Shown here one piece after another: positions 50,791 through 63,089 of a DNA stretch of 64,000 bases. The first letter of the stretch is position 1. Every line of letters begins with the position of its first letter. The translations under genes and the position numbers were made by a program. Below the pieces are notes generated by a model that saw only the letters and a list, made by a program, of their open reading frames with translations, did not search any database and was not told where the DNA came from. The DNA is taken from assembly GCA_040954595.2 (NCBI GenBank), contig CM082584.2:2015344-2079343 (forward strand). Reading direction: 5' to 3'. Source of the stretch: Balanoglossus misakiensis. Taxonomy: Eukaryota > Animalia > Hemichordata.

Positions 50791-51480
50791 TTTTTATTTA
50801 TTGCGTATGTACATGTCCCCAACTGGCTTTCATAGTTTTAAACCGATGGTGGCAAAGAAGTTTTCCGCGAACATGAAAACAACACAGCTGCAAAATGAAG
50901 GTATTGTTCTACTGATACATTAAACGCACAACTTAGAATATGTGCCGTTTTAGCCACATGCAGATTGCAGGCACCATGTAGCTCTGCTTGGCATAGTAAA
51001 ACACGTGTCACGTGTTGATCACATGACTTAAATGAAGGCGAACGTCCATGTTTGTATGGGAGGGTCACCAGTTTTACGGCGCTGCATTAACGACGTTTAC
51101 GATTCGGCGACAAACACGTCAAGTAGGTTCCCATTTGTGAAATTTTCGTTCGATCTTTATTTCTGACAACATTATGTACATGTTCATGTAGTTTATTGTT
51201 TGAAAATCGGTGCGTATCATTTTGCTCCGCACCCAACGGATTTTCCTATGGATGGCTCCATAGCTGTGGGGAGGGAGAGCAGCGTTGACCCAAACAGCGT
51301 ATAAGTCCAGAGCTATGCTGGGCAGAGCTGTGTGTCTTTACGACGTCACTCCTGTATATGAGAGAGACGGTGGGCGATCTCTTTTACAGTTATTTTCAAA
51401 ATATTGTTTTTAAAAAAATAATATTTATTATCATCATCATCATCATCATGATTCCAGCTATTAATTTGCAGTACACGTTG

Positions 51481-51680
51481 TTGTCTTTTGCCAGAAAGGA
51501 ATGCATTTCTCATATCACCTTACAAACTGCCAGAAATCCAAACAACACCTTTATGATAAAGCCTACAATGAAATGGTGGATGGTACAAATCAAAGATTAT
51601 GTGACTGCATGATCCTCTCCACATGATACTTCTCAAAGGATATTAATTTGCTTGGAGGGTGAATGTCTGTTGCTAAGCAA
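51481..51680 (+). pseudogene. MED25: Isolated, older, oppositely oriented MED25-like vWA exon relic
   Basis: ccag|aaaggaatgcatttctc...aaactgccagaaatccaa...gatcctctccacatgatacttctcaaagga aligns with the minus-strand exon 20247-20395, with many indels. Confidence 0.7.
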
Positions 51681-54158
51681 CCAATGATGTGGGAGTGATG
51701 TAGAAATCTTTGTGATTTCTCAAAATATAACCATTATTCTAAATTAATATTTCCGTCAATTGGTTTTCAAGCATAATATATACACAACACAACAAATTAT
51801 ATTGATATACCATGCCTAAAATATGAAATGGAAAAAATGCAATCAAATGAGTGGCCAAGCAATTTTTTTCAAAATTTTCCATTTAATTAACATTTTGTAA
51901 TAGTTTATATATTTGAGGCTGACTGTGGGTTGATTCTGTCTGTCTTAAACATTCAAGAAAAATTTGTTTGTAAAGTCATTTCAATGCCTGTCTATTAAAG
52001 CCTGTATAGCTGCCAAATTTCACATTTTTCAACAATAAAATACTTCAAATATATTCCCTATCCTCTAAATCCTCAACTTAAGCCATATTACTTGCATTTG
52101 CATCAGTTTGTCATCTTTTGGCGACGCAAACCACGATAGCTGCGTACTGTTTGTATGGAGGCTGATGAAATAGGTGCGGCACCGTTTTAATACAAAAGTG
52201 TTCAAATTGCAACATGCAGTCATAATCGGGCATCGATAAGGTGTTCATGTATACCTAAGTAATCTTTTTTAGATGGACTAATTTAAGTTGGAAATTAATG
52301 CTAAAAAGTGGCAGCTCTAGAGACTTTCAATTCCACATTTTCCAATTCCACAATTGTTGGATGTAAATGTATTTGAAATATGTGCTTTGATTGGATTATA
52401 TGACATAGATTTATTTGAAGGGTGTGTTTGGATTAGATTATGTGACCATTGGATTTTGGATTTGTGTTCAAGAAGTGTTTGGAAATATAGAAGGGATCTG
52501 ATGAAAAATGTTCAGGCAATTATTTTACCTTGGTCTAGAGTTTTAAAAAAGGGTGCGTGATTTTCATGTTGTTTGGGTATTGATACTATGTTCACTTCCA
52601 GTTCTATATTTGCAAATTGAGATATGCTTAAATGTCCAGTATTCAGCTTATCAACTCTACCAGTATTTTCATTAATAACAATAAAATTTATGCGTTTATT
52701 GTTTGTGTAATTTGGATTATTAAGTCAAATGAGGGACAGTTCTTAATGTACACCTTGGAATGAATCAATCAACAACATAATAGATAGGTGCATATTTTTC
52801 CTCTATTTTGATGTGAACTTTGCTAAATACTTTTTATCATTTAAACAATGACCTTTGGCTTTTCAGAGACGCGGTCAAGATGTCTCTCCTAATCCGTTTG
52901 AGCTCGCGCTCTGATTCGATAGTATCATGCAGATGTTGCTCCATGTGATTGGCTAACGTCCTTGTCACGTGACGTGGCATATGTGTGGAACATACGTTCG
53001 GAACAACAAACGACACTTGTACGCGTAAATTATGATTACGTATAAAATAATTCGGATAATCTCAATTTTTGGCGATCGATCTATAAAAATGAAATTGTGA
53101 AGTAAGTAGGCAACCATGGTGATACTTCCGGTGGAACGCCATTCTCGTGTACGTTAAGGCGTGGGCGCCCTCTATCGACAGACTGAATACGTTAATCGAG
53201 CATAATAAACAATTGTAACCACACCAGCCAATCAGTTGATGTAATTCATGTTCAAGACAAGCAAATAAAATGAGACATTTCCGAGAAAACCTCCAAAACT
53301 ATTATCATGTGACAAATAGTGGCATTTTGGGGGTCGAAAATGATATTCTTAAAAGAAGGCCAAAAATCCACCGCTAGATGCTCACAATCCCATTATTATT
53401 TTTTAGTTTCACCTTATGACCCGTCAGCTTTCTCTGATAGGACTCATACTGTAGTGTATTTCGCTGCCATAATATTTTGACGATGTAGATTATCGACTAC
53501 CCATTGACCGGCAGCCAAAATTCCAACATTTATAGGGTTATGCTGAATCATTAACTTCGTTTTCAAACACAGTATCGTAATCTTGAAATGGGCGAACATG
53601 TTAACCTTCGATTACGACCAGAGGTGTCAGAAAATAAAGCTGTTTAGCGGTGGATTTTTCGTATTTTCCGCCTCGTAAATTATCCTTACCCTGGGACGCT
53701 CGTCCAGGGGTGCCATTACGTAATGCCTTAGTTGGCGTGATGCATTGTGGGTAAAATCAGCTGATCGTATACGCGTATCCTAGCAACTGACATGGACGCT
53801 ACCATTAGCGCCCGCCCGCGTTCAAGATCATTTTAGTGTCGCTACAGTTCAGAAAATCGTGAACATACATAATTCCCAATCAGTTTGGGATGATTTTTAG
53901 CCACAAGTAGTAATTACTGTCACTCATTCACTTATTTAACAAGCCATGACAACATTATATGAGGGAAATAAACCTTTATTTCAACTTCAATCTGGTGAGT
54001 ACATGGTTTTCATTTTACCCCATCAAAATAGTGCGTCTTGAAAGGTCAAAGTTCAACTTTTCCTTCGTTCATGTAAAATTGGCGCCATATTCAAATTGCA
54101 GCAGATGATCCCTTCAGCTGTTATTTGGAGGTATGCACTTGTTCAGTTGGCATGTCAT

Positions 54159-57100
54159 CATGGCATTTTGTGGTTATTTTATGGCCATAGCTGCAAGAGC
54201 AACAAAAGAGCTTTCTAATTCCGAAAAGTCTACTCAGGAAAAGGCTGAAAATACATCAAGATTTATGCCTGTTTACAACATATCCATTGGACAAAGGTAT
54301 GCCAAATATCAGGATATCATGGCTAACAGCAGAAATATGCAAGTTACCAGTTTAAATTTAAACTGCCACGATTTGAGAAAACACTAAGTGCTTCAGTTCA
54401 ATGGTTGAATTCCAGGAAAAATGTCAGTATTTCTACAGCATTTTTCTGCAACTAGTTGGCAAAAACTGTCTTTATCAAGGCAAATCCTACACACAGCACT
54501 TGACTGTCAAGAGTGCCAAAGTAGCAATGTTGATGTTCTGCTTTTGAACAAGTACTATCAGAAACATATCAAAAGTCTTCCCTTCTCGACTGTTGAGGTA
54601 ATTGAAGATGCAATGGGAGAGATGCAACAACTACAAAATCCACATGAGACAAAGCTGACTGTCCCTCTTAAATCTGCCGTAAGAACTGCCGGACAGCTAT
54701 ATCAGCGAGTAGAGGAGTCATACAATAAAGTGTACTCAACACCTTTCAGTGAAGCGCTTCTCAAAGTTCCGGGGTTCAAGCTACAGACAAAAATCAGCAA
54801 AGAACAGAAAAAGAAAGACAGACGAGCACTTTATACTAATGTCAAGCAAAGCATCGAAAAATCCCACGCTAAAAATGACGGAGATTTAAAAACAATCCTA
54901 GGATCCGGTCAGTCATTTGCTTGCTACGAATCATGTTGACGGTCTGTTGACTTTGAGTCTACCGATTCTGCCAAGAAGCGAGTAAATCGCCGTCTACAAC
55001 TAAAATCCCTCAACAAGCTGACACCAAAAGACCATGTTGTAAAAACAGAGTCTGTTGAATGGGACAAAAGCTCATTTGTAAGTGAACTTTCCAATTATGA
55101 TGCTGGCAAGGTCAACTGGAGTAGCCTTGCGAGAAAGTACGGGCTAACAGCTGCAAATGGTGGCCAAATACTGAAAGAGTACGCAACCTCAGCTGGCATC
55201 GACACTGACAAGTTCAATATCAATAAGAAGGTTCAAGGTCGAGATTTTGTCAGAAGAGTACACCGTAAAACATTGAAAGGTCTTGGGGGAGGTGTCACTT
55301 CCTCAACACCGACCAGCAAGAGCCCTGCAAGAAATATTGAAAACAAAAATAAGAAGTGGCGAAATCGACATCGGTGAATTAATAGCACCAAAAGAGTTCC
55401 AAAAGATGACCATTGGAAAAGATGGCAAATTAAAAGAAGAAACTTATACAATCTACGCTAGAAAAATAAACTTACAGACAATCCGAAAACGAGAGCTTGA
55501 CAGACAAATTAAGCTTGGTGTTCTGAGAAGCCATGTTTATGGGTATGACGACGGTCATTACCAAAACCTAGAAGAAAAAGAAATAAGGGATGAGCTACAA
55601 AGAATACACGAGTTGAAAGAAGGAGAAACCATCGATGAAATGCGCAGTAAATTAAAAAGACTACATCACTCACGGCACTTCAAAATATGGCATGACCACA
55701 GTACTGTAGGCAACCATTCCCACATTGTCTTCATGGTGAGCTGGATATACGACACGGCATTATATCTGACAAATGAGGAGTACTTGGAGAAACACGGAAA
55801 AAAAGTAAACGTTGACTCGCTTGTTGAGAAGCCACATCTATATATAATGGGACGATCCAACTCCAATGACGTTGATCAGCTGTCATATGTTGAAACCAGA
55901 GTAGAAGATCTAAAATGTGCAACAGGACCAATAACATCCGATATTTTTTCATGGTGATGGACCGGCACAGGAGTTTGAGGATTAGCACCAGAAAGGAGGT
56001 CACTACCAGTGCATCTGTGGAATAGAGTCAAGAAGACATGATGATCTGTCTGCATGTTACCATCTGAAATATCTGTCAATAGATGAGAAACGTAACTTGT
56101 TAATCAAGGGCAGCCCAATATGGAGAGAAAAGTCACGGCAAACTCCCCATCCATTTGCCAACTTAACAGTGGCCGACCTTAGGAGAGAGCTTGATGCTAG
56201 GGGTGAAGAAACTGAAGGATTAAAGAAGCCAGACTTACAATCTAAACTCTCTGAAATTTTACATGGTATGCAGAGAGTACCAGCACTGCTCCATCTCACT
56301 CCAGAATATAATCTTGCTGAAATAAACTGCTCTGCATATGAAATTTTGCCATCAGAGCCACTCCATGACCTGAAGGGACACATCCACAATGTGTTAGAAG
56401 AAATTCCAGCACAAACCAAGGATAAAGAAGAAGCAGTAAAGTTACAGAACTTTATTCAGGCAACATATGGTGGTAAAGACGAAATTCGGGGATGCGATGC
56501 ACGCAAAGCTATCCTTCTGGTGTCCCAGTATCTTCACGAGAACAACATAAATACTGAGCATGGTCAGCTTATTGACACGCTTGCTGAAATAAGCGAAACT
56601 GCTTATAAACATGACAATGACAGATGCCCACGACTGATTCTGCGATTGTATAACACTGTATTTTTGCATGGAATATTGTGCAAAAGGGTATTTGAGAAGC
56701 CAAAGAAACTTACCAACCGAAAGATGTTCGGGCGGTATTTCCATAACATCACCGTCCATCTACCTGATCAACTGAGATTGGTTTCTCTGAGGTCAACAAA
56801 TGCTGAAAACCAGGAGCGAGTTTTCAATCGAATACGGAGAGTGACGAAAACAACTTCCTCCAAGTGTCCAAGTGGTATCATAGGTAATGCCATGATACGT
56901 CTAGGTGCAGGAGAAGAGATGACAAAAGAAAGAGATCCATCACAAATTATAGAATCTGAAATTAGCAAAATTGGAAAGCAGCTCCCAAAACGTCAGAATA
57001 CAGTAATCCCTGAGGACGAAATACTGCGACGACCAACACTACTGCAAAGCCACTATGAAAGGATTGCAGATTTCTTGCTGCCAGGAGAAGGTGCATTGTG

Positions 57101-60100
57101 GCAGAGACATGAGGAAGCAATAGAGTTTTTAACTCTGATACCCAGGATGATTTCAAGGTATCTGCAGTGCAATTTAGTCCCAAATATTTTAACTCACACT
57201 TATATTTCTTTTCAATAACAATTACTGTTGATTATATGCAGACATAATACAACAGATTGCATGGTGTTTTGGGACAGGAAAAACTAATCTAAAATATAGT
57301 ATCAAAGCATCAAAAATTACATCTATACATGCCCTGTCTTTTTCATGGAACTTTTCTGTCAAGCAGGTTCTGTTATTTTTTGTGACGAGCAACCTCCATT
57401 TTTACAAATAATAGAACTATTCTCGGATATCCCACATGTTTTATGGCTTTCTAAAAAGGTCTCTCACTCGCTGCCCTTTTTCTTTTTGTGTTTGATACAA
57501 AACACCATTTATGTTAATGTACATGTGTATATGTAGTGAATGAACGTTCAACCACACACAAGTTCCACCATGCTTGTATATGAGAGTAAAAACTCGCCCA
57601 AAATGAATAAATGGTAGAGACCGATTGTTCATTTTGGCAAGGTTTTTCACTCTCGTGTCTACAAGCGGGATGGAAGGTGTGTGTGGTTGAATGTTCATTC
57701 AGTATATATCCACATGTACATTAACATAAACAGTGTCTTGAATGAAACATAATATTAATGGGAAAAGGGCAGCGAGAGAGAGAGACTTTGTCCCTTTAAC
57801 AGCATGCAAATCCTTATTTATTTTGGAAAATTCTATTGTAAAAATTGTCCAAGATTATAGTACTTACATTAGCCATTGGTGTTGTGTGTAAACTGTTATA
57901 TAAAGAATGTTTGATCAATCTCCTTACCTGTTTATTTCTATAGGAACCTGGACCTCATCTGCATCATTTCCGGTCATAATCTCTGCAAAAGGTACAATGT
58001 GATATCAACAGGTGTTGGTAAGATTGTGTGGACAGAGTAAGAAGTGAAGCAATTGCTTTACCAATCCACAAGATAAAGCTCTATGACAGCAATGGTGAAA
58101 GAAGTGGTAGCCTCACTGTCACAGGCTTTCAAGATGATAGCAGACGTAAGAGCATATTACATCACAGTCAAACCAAATAAGTGACTTCATCTGTATGCAT
58201 ATAATTTTGGGGGAAACATTACTTTCAAAAATATGAATTTCTTTCACTTCAGCCTGTCAAAATTAATTGACCTATATATACCCAGCCATGTTCAACTTTC
58301 AATACCACATGAATTCAATGAAAGTATATCTAATGGGCGAAATGTGTTGCTTCTCGCCTGATTTAGCAAAATTGAGTGACATAAATACTGGCTGGAACGG
58401 CTTAGTTAAATGAACGTTTGAAATTATTTTTGAATTATGATTAGTCTATAACAGTAATAAATTTTGAAATAACACTATATAATACAAGCACTACAAAAAA
58501 TGTCAATATTTTATACTACCTTATAGAATCCGAGGAAATTCCAGAGCATCCAATTGGTGTAGATGATGATGACCATGACTTGTTGATTGATCCTGGTTCC
58601 CATGAACACATCCTCTCAGTAGAAGATGATATACTTGCCCCTGATATCACCATGGACATGAATGACATCGAGCCGACAAGTGTACCTGAAAGGAACATAA
58701 CATTACATGGTAGCAATGCTGAGGAGACCCGTTGCAGTATACCAATAGAAGATACAAGACAGACACAGCATAGTACAGGGGAAGACATCAACATGACAGA
58801 CTGTGATTTGGAAACAGAGCACACTGAGGAGACAGTTGAAGCAGAAAGGATGGAAGTCAATGGTATGGAAAATTGCTGCACTCAAGAAGGTAACTATTAC
58901 TATAGTGAAGTTACCATGTATGGGATTGTTCATTTCAAGGTTCCACTCATTCTTATTTCCTCCCCCCCCCCCACCATCCCCAAATAAATCTGCAAGCCCA
59001 CATTCCAAGCACATAGTTATGTCACAGTGCAGGAGATAGTCATTTCAATTTTATTTTAGAAAGGAAAGATAAATGTGTGTGAGCGGGAAAAGATATGAAA
59101 CATGACACACCCACATATATGTACATTTATAATATACCTCATGCTAATACTGTGCCGTGATTCGCCAGAATCCGTCACGTGATAGGAAAATAGAATCGAC
59201 TATGAACCGCTAGGGAAATAGCAGAAAAAATATAAACCGGTCACGTGACCCGCGTGAGTGCGCAGACTCGGTCACGTCAATCAGCGTCGCGTCGTCTGAC
59301 ACAATGGCCACCACTGAAGATGTCGTCTGCCAGCCTCAAGAAAAAATTGCAAGATTTTCCCAGCTGTTAGCATGAGGTTTATTATAAAACACCTATAGCC
59401 TGGCCTATATTCGGGCCATAGCAGCCGTTTTAAATTTACCCCCTCGTGACTGTGAGTTACCAGAATCATATGCTATTTCCCTCGGCCGCATATGATTCTG
59501 GTAACTCACAGCCCCTCGGGTGTAATAAACGGCCGCTATGGCCCTCATGGCCAGGCAATAGGTGTTCAATATTTCATGTTGACCTTGTGGAACCCCAGGT
59601 CAGTTTAAGAGGCCCAAAAGGAAATCACTTTAAGAAAAACTCATTATTATTGCTGTTAAACCTTAATGTTGTTTTCTTGTTTGCATTCAGGCAAGTCAAG
59701 TATCAAAGAAGTTGCCAAATCAACAGCAAAGATAACAGCCACACATGAAGAGTCATCAATCTCAGAGTAAAGTTAGTGATACTTCTTCAACCACGATGGA
59801 CAGTCTGATATTTGTCCTTGGAGAGACAAAAGAAGTCGAATAATTTGATAAATCACGAAATTCTTTGAAGGCCCTTCCCAATGATAAGAAGTTAATAAAT
59901 GAATATATAGAAGCTAAGGTGAAAGTAGGAACAAAGCTGATGAAATCATACAGCATAGCCAAGCTGTCAATCAAAGAGTGGGAACAAGAATATTGCATAA
60001 ATCATTGGGGTTGTGCACCAAATTTGGAAGATTACAAGAGAAATAAACGTATATTGAAATTGTACAAACAAACAAAAATGGCAACACATTTTTTGAAACG

Positions 60101-60122
60101 CTGGAATATTGATTATAACTGA
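54159..60122 (+). pseudogene. Decayed RAG1/Transib/CMC-like DDE transposase gene with an internal SAP-like domain
   Basis: IWHDHS (D), FFHGDGPAQEFE (D), YQCICG, EPLHDLKGH, RYFHNITVH and NAENQERVFN (E), in the RAG1/Transib order. Several stops and frameshifts. Later exons near 57943, 58528 and 59690. TIRs not found. Confidence 0.72.
59128..59572 (+). mobile_element. Non-autonomous deletion derivative of the Crypton at 17548
   Basis: Same left end (tataatatacctcatgctaatactg) and right fold-back ending ggtgttcaaTAT. The YR ORF is deleted. Confidence 0.92.
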
Positions 60123-61093
60123 GAGGTGAAGTATTTCCAGCTGTATGTGCATGCAATTTGATTACTCAGTGTGGACATATTTTGTACACTACACGTACAT
60201 TCAGAAATATGGCATATTTTTCTAATGACATGGAGATTTTTGTGACTTCTGATGCAGAGTAAATATACAAGATATTGTTAACTTTGGTGAATTTAAGTTC
60301 ATTTTGTTGTGGTTTAATTTACTGTAAATAATTTTTCCAAATGTTTGCATTGTATAATTTACTTCCAAATCAGATGTTCTTTCCTTGTCATTTGCTACCA
60401 AAATGTAGTACCAAATGCATGGCATTTGTATGTCTGTGTTCAGGCTGTGGCCACAACCAATCTTGTAGCTGTGGCTGAGACTTTCAATTTTCTGCTTGAT
60501 GTTAATAAACAATAACTTTGTAGTTTTGAATTTTGATGGAAAGGCAATCATCTATATTTGTCACTCATAAAAATGCACATTTCTTGACAATGTTGTTGAA
60601 CCACTTCTCCCAAAATAATGGGACCCTTTGGTTTCAACCCCCAACCTGGCAGTGTTCAAATCTCACATTGTAAACACCACCTGCACCTGCACTTTGTTAA
60701 TACAAGGAGACTGGAAACAGTGTGCTACACAATAAATTGAGACAAAGGAGTGTTACAAGACTTAACAAACAAGTAATTAACATATGGCCTAGTTGCACAG
60801 GAAAATGCTACAAACAAGTTTTTCCCGCCCAAGTCAGACTGTGCGTGGCATGGGTCCATAGCTGCAGCTGTGGTGTTTTCTGGCTAATTGTACTTTTCCT
60901 TTTTACGGGCTCTTTTTCCGTGTCGATCAGAAAATTGCCCGCAAAATGTCAGACAAAAATTGCCAGAAAACACCACTGCTATGACCCAGAATGAGATTAT
61001 ACTTAGGCCGTCCTCTGCATGCCATACTATCGATCGCACGTACCGAACGAAACTCGCATCACATGCAATCCGAAAATAGCTGATAAGAACTTA

Positions 61094-61260
61094 CCTTCAT
61101 TGTACAGTTTACCGTAAAAAGCAGTCTTACACCGACGATTACGTTGGCAGGAAATGAAGGCATCGACTAAAACAACATGAATCGGATGTACCGCGTACCG
61201 CCCACACGATGCACATGTCTGTCGCGATACAATACCATAGACTATTTTACTTCTGTCCAT
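61094..61260 (-). other. Possible first coding exon of an unidentified gene
   Basis: ATG at 61260, MDRSKIVYGIVSRQTCASCGRY..., ending at GAAG|gtaagt. Downstream exons not identified. Confidence 0.3.
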
Positions 61261-61402
61261 TCGCTCGCAAACGTCGTTTTCTGAATGTGTTATGAGTTTT
61301 GGGCACATTTAAGGACCGAAACGGGGAGATTTTTGACATTTTTTTGCCGAATTTTCGTCAAAACCTCGCCGTTTCGGTCCACGCCCGCCCACACATCATA
61401 TA

Positions 61403-62097
61403 GGGCGTTCTCACTGGCACGTTTACACCGGTGCTACAGCGGTGTAGATTTGACACCGACGGAAAAAAACAAGTGAGAACGCTTTACACCGGTGTTGGGC
61501 CGGTGTTGATTTGCGACGGCGATGGGTGGCGGGTCAGGGCCAGTGCTGGGCCAGCGCTCCGACGCAAATAGTCAGTGAGAACGCAAAGATAAACAAACAC
61601 CGTTCAAAAGCGCCACCCTGCAGTGACTTTTGGGTATGTTTATTAGGTATAGCCCATTGTCTATGGTCAGTTTCCATTGTTAAGTCAATCACACTGGACG
61701 TGAGTGGTTTTCAAACCATTCGCAGTTTGCATGGTCTGCAACACTTCTGTCTGCTACCAACTTTCGGAAGGTTCTCTCGATCACCGAAAAGCTGAGGCAT
61801 TTTCCATTTATGGATTAACATTCATTTACTTCTAAACATTATCAAAACTGTCACAAAGTCGTCTAGAACGCATATGCAGGTATAGAAACTGCAACATGTT
61901 GCTGTAATGTCCTCGACGTCCTCAATTTTGTTAGTTGCCGTGTTGCTAAACATGGCCATTTAGACGATGTTTATTTCAAAACAGTGGCCAAAAGTTTAGT
62001 GTGTGGACGCACGGAGATTCTGTGGACTAATCCCCTGTGTTTGCAGAGAGTAAACACTGGCATTACACCGGTGTCAAAACTTTTAGTGAGAACAAGA
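61403..62097. mobile_element. Harbinger-like MITE, degenerate
   Basis: gggcgttctcact left end, repeated agtgagaac and tacaccggtg motifs at both ends. Confidence 0.45.
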
Positions 62098-62099
62098 CT

Positions 62100-62832
62100 A
62101 TGGAGGTACTAGATAGAAGGAGCGAGGACGCTATTGTTTCCTATAAACCCCATGTTCGTCTTAATCTGTTTGCAGATATCATTAGGATCTCATCCTTTTA
62201 TCACCTGATAGGCGTTCATAAAAGCTGTGCGCTTGCGTAGATAAACAAATTATAGCTGGCGGCGTGTCTCCATGATTTACATTTAGCATATTCAACCAGA
62301 CCAAACTGCTGTGCCGAAAGTCTCTGCACTAGCAATTACAATGGTGACTATCGGGCATCCCACACCATCCCACGCGAACAAAAATACTTGCATCGGGAAG
62401 ATTGGTTTTCAAAGAAAACCTAAGAACTTATTGTTTTTTGCGGAAGTTTGCGAAAAACTCAAAATATACATTTCAAAATCATGCTTTTTGGTTGTACAAA
62501 GAAGAAAAATAACGCCACAAGTCTTCCAAGACGTCCGCCTGACACGTTTCCGGTAGTGGTGATGCGTAAACTTCACCCCTAGATGTAAATAAAAGTCACC
62601 ACGCATATGTAGTACGCTCGTCCGCGATGTGCGCATTGTGTTTTTAATATCATAGAAATATTACCCCGTAGATCTTGCAAACCTAACTGTAAAATCGGCG
62701 GTAACGCACAGTGGGTTCAAAGGACGCTTTCAACACAGAAACACAAAGACTTAAGAAGCTTATCACACTTCAGAAGAAAGGGAGTTAATCCGCTTAAAAT
62801 CCGTCCTCGCTCCTTCTCTCTAGTACCTCCAT
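62100..62832. mobile_element. MITE with 31-bp TIRs
   Basis: atggaggtactagatagaaggagcgaggacg / cgtcctcgctccttctctctagtacctccat (1 mismatch). Confidence 0.8.
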
Positions 62833-63089
62833 GCACACATGAAACCACGCAACCACGAGGCTGAAGCCTTGGAAACCACCTAAGCTCGGCAATGCGTGTG
62901 TGCTCATGAATATGTAATATCTAATTCGCATATTCATGAAAAAGTAACCAAAAAAACAGGAAAACATTTTTAAAATACCAATAAAAAATTAAAAAAACTA
63001 AACATTTGCAGTTTTTCTTTATTTACAATTTGATATATTTTTAGATTTTCAGTCAACATTTTTTTTAATTTTTCGAGTTTTTTTTAAAC

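Larger units (their letters stand above)
42760..50834. mobile_element. IS3EU-type DNA transposon, apparently intact, with two convergent genes
   Basis: Termini TATGAAAGCCAGTTGGGGAC...GTCCCCAACTGGCTTTCATA with a 6-bp TSD gtttta (42754-42759, 50835-50840). TAY..RTA ends, a 6-bp TSD and an IS3/IS481-like integrase are the recalled IS3EU hallmarks. Confidence 0.9.

Noticed and set aside
53363-53660. 15-bp inverted repeat aaaaatccaccgcta as the left TIR of the RAG1-like element
   Set aside because: It pairs locally and has no counterpart downstream of the gene.
54159-61308. ProtoRAG (RAG1L plus RAG2L) call
   Set aside because: No kelch or PHD RAG2-like sequence, no RING/NBD region and no CAC-heptamer TIRs were recognised. 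Only the shared catalytic signature is present.
61314-61380. Small hairpin ggaccgaaacgg...ccgtttcggtcc as an ncRNA or element terminus
   Set aside because: No partner end, TSD or RNA-family features were found.
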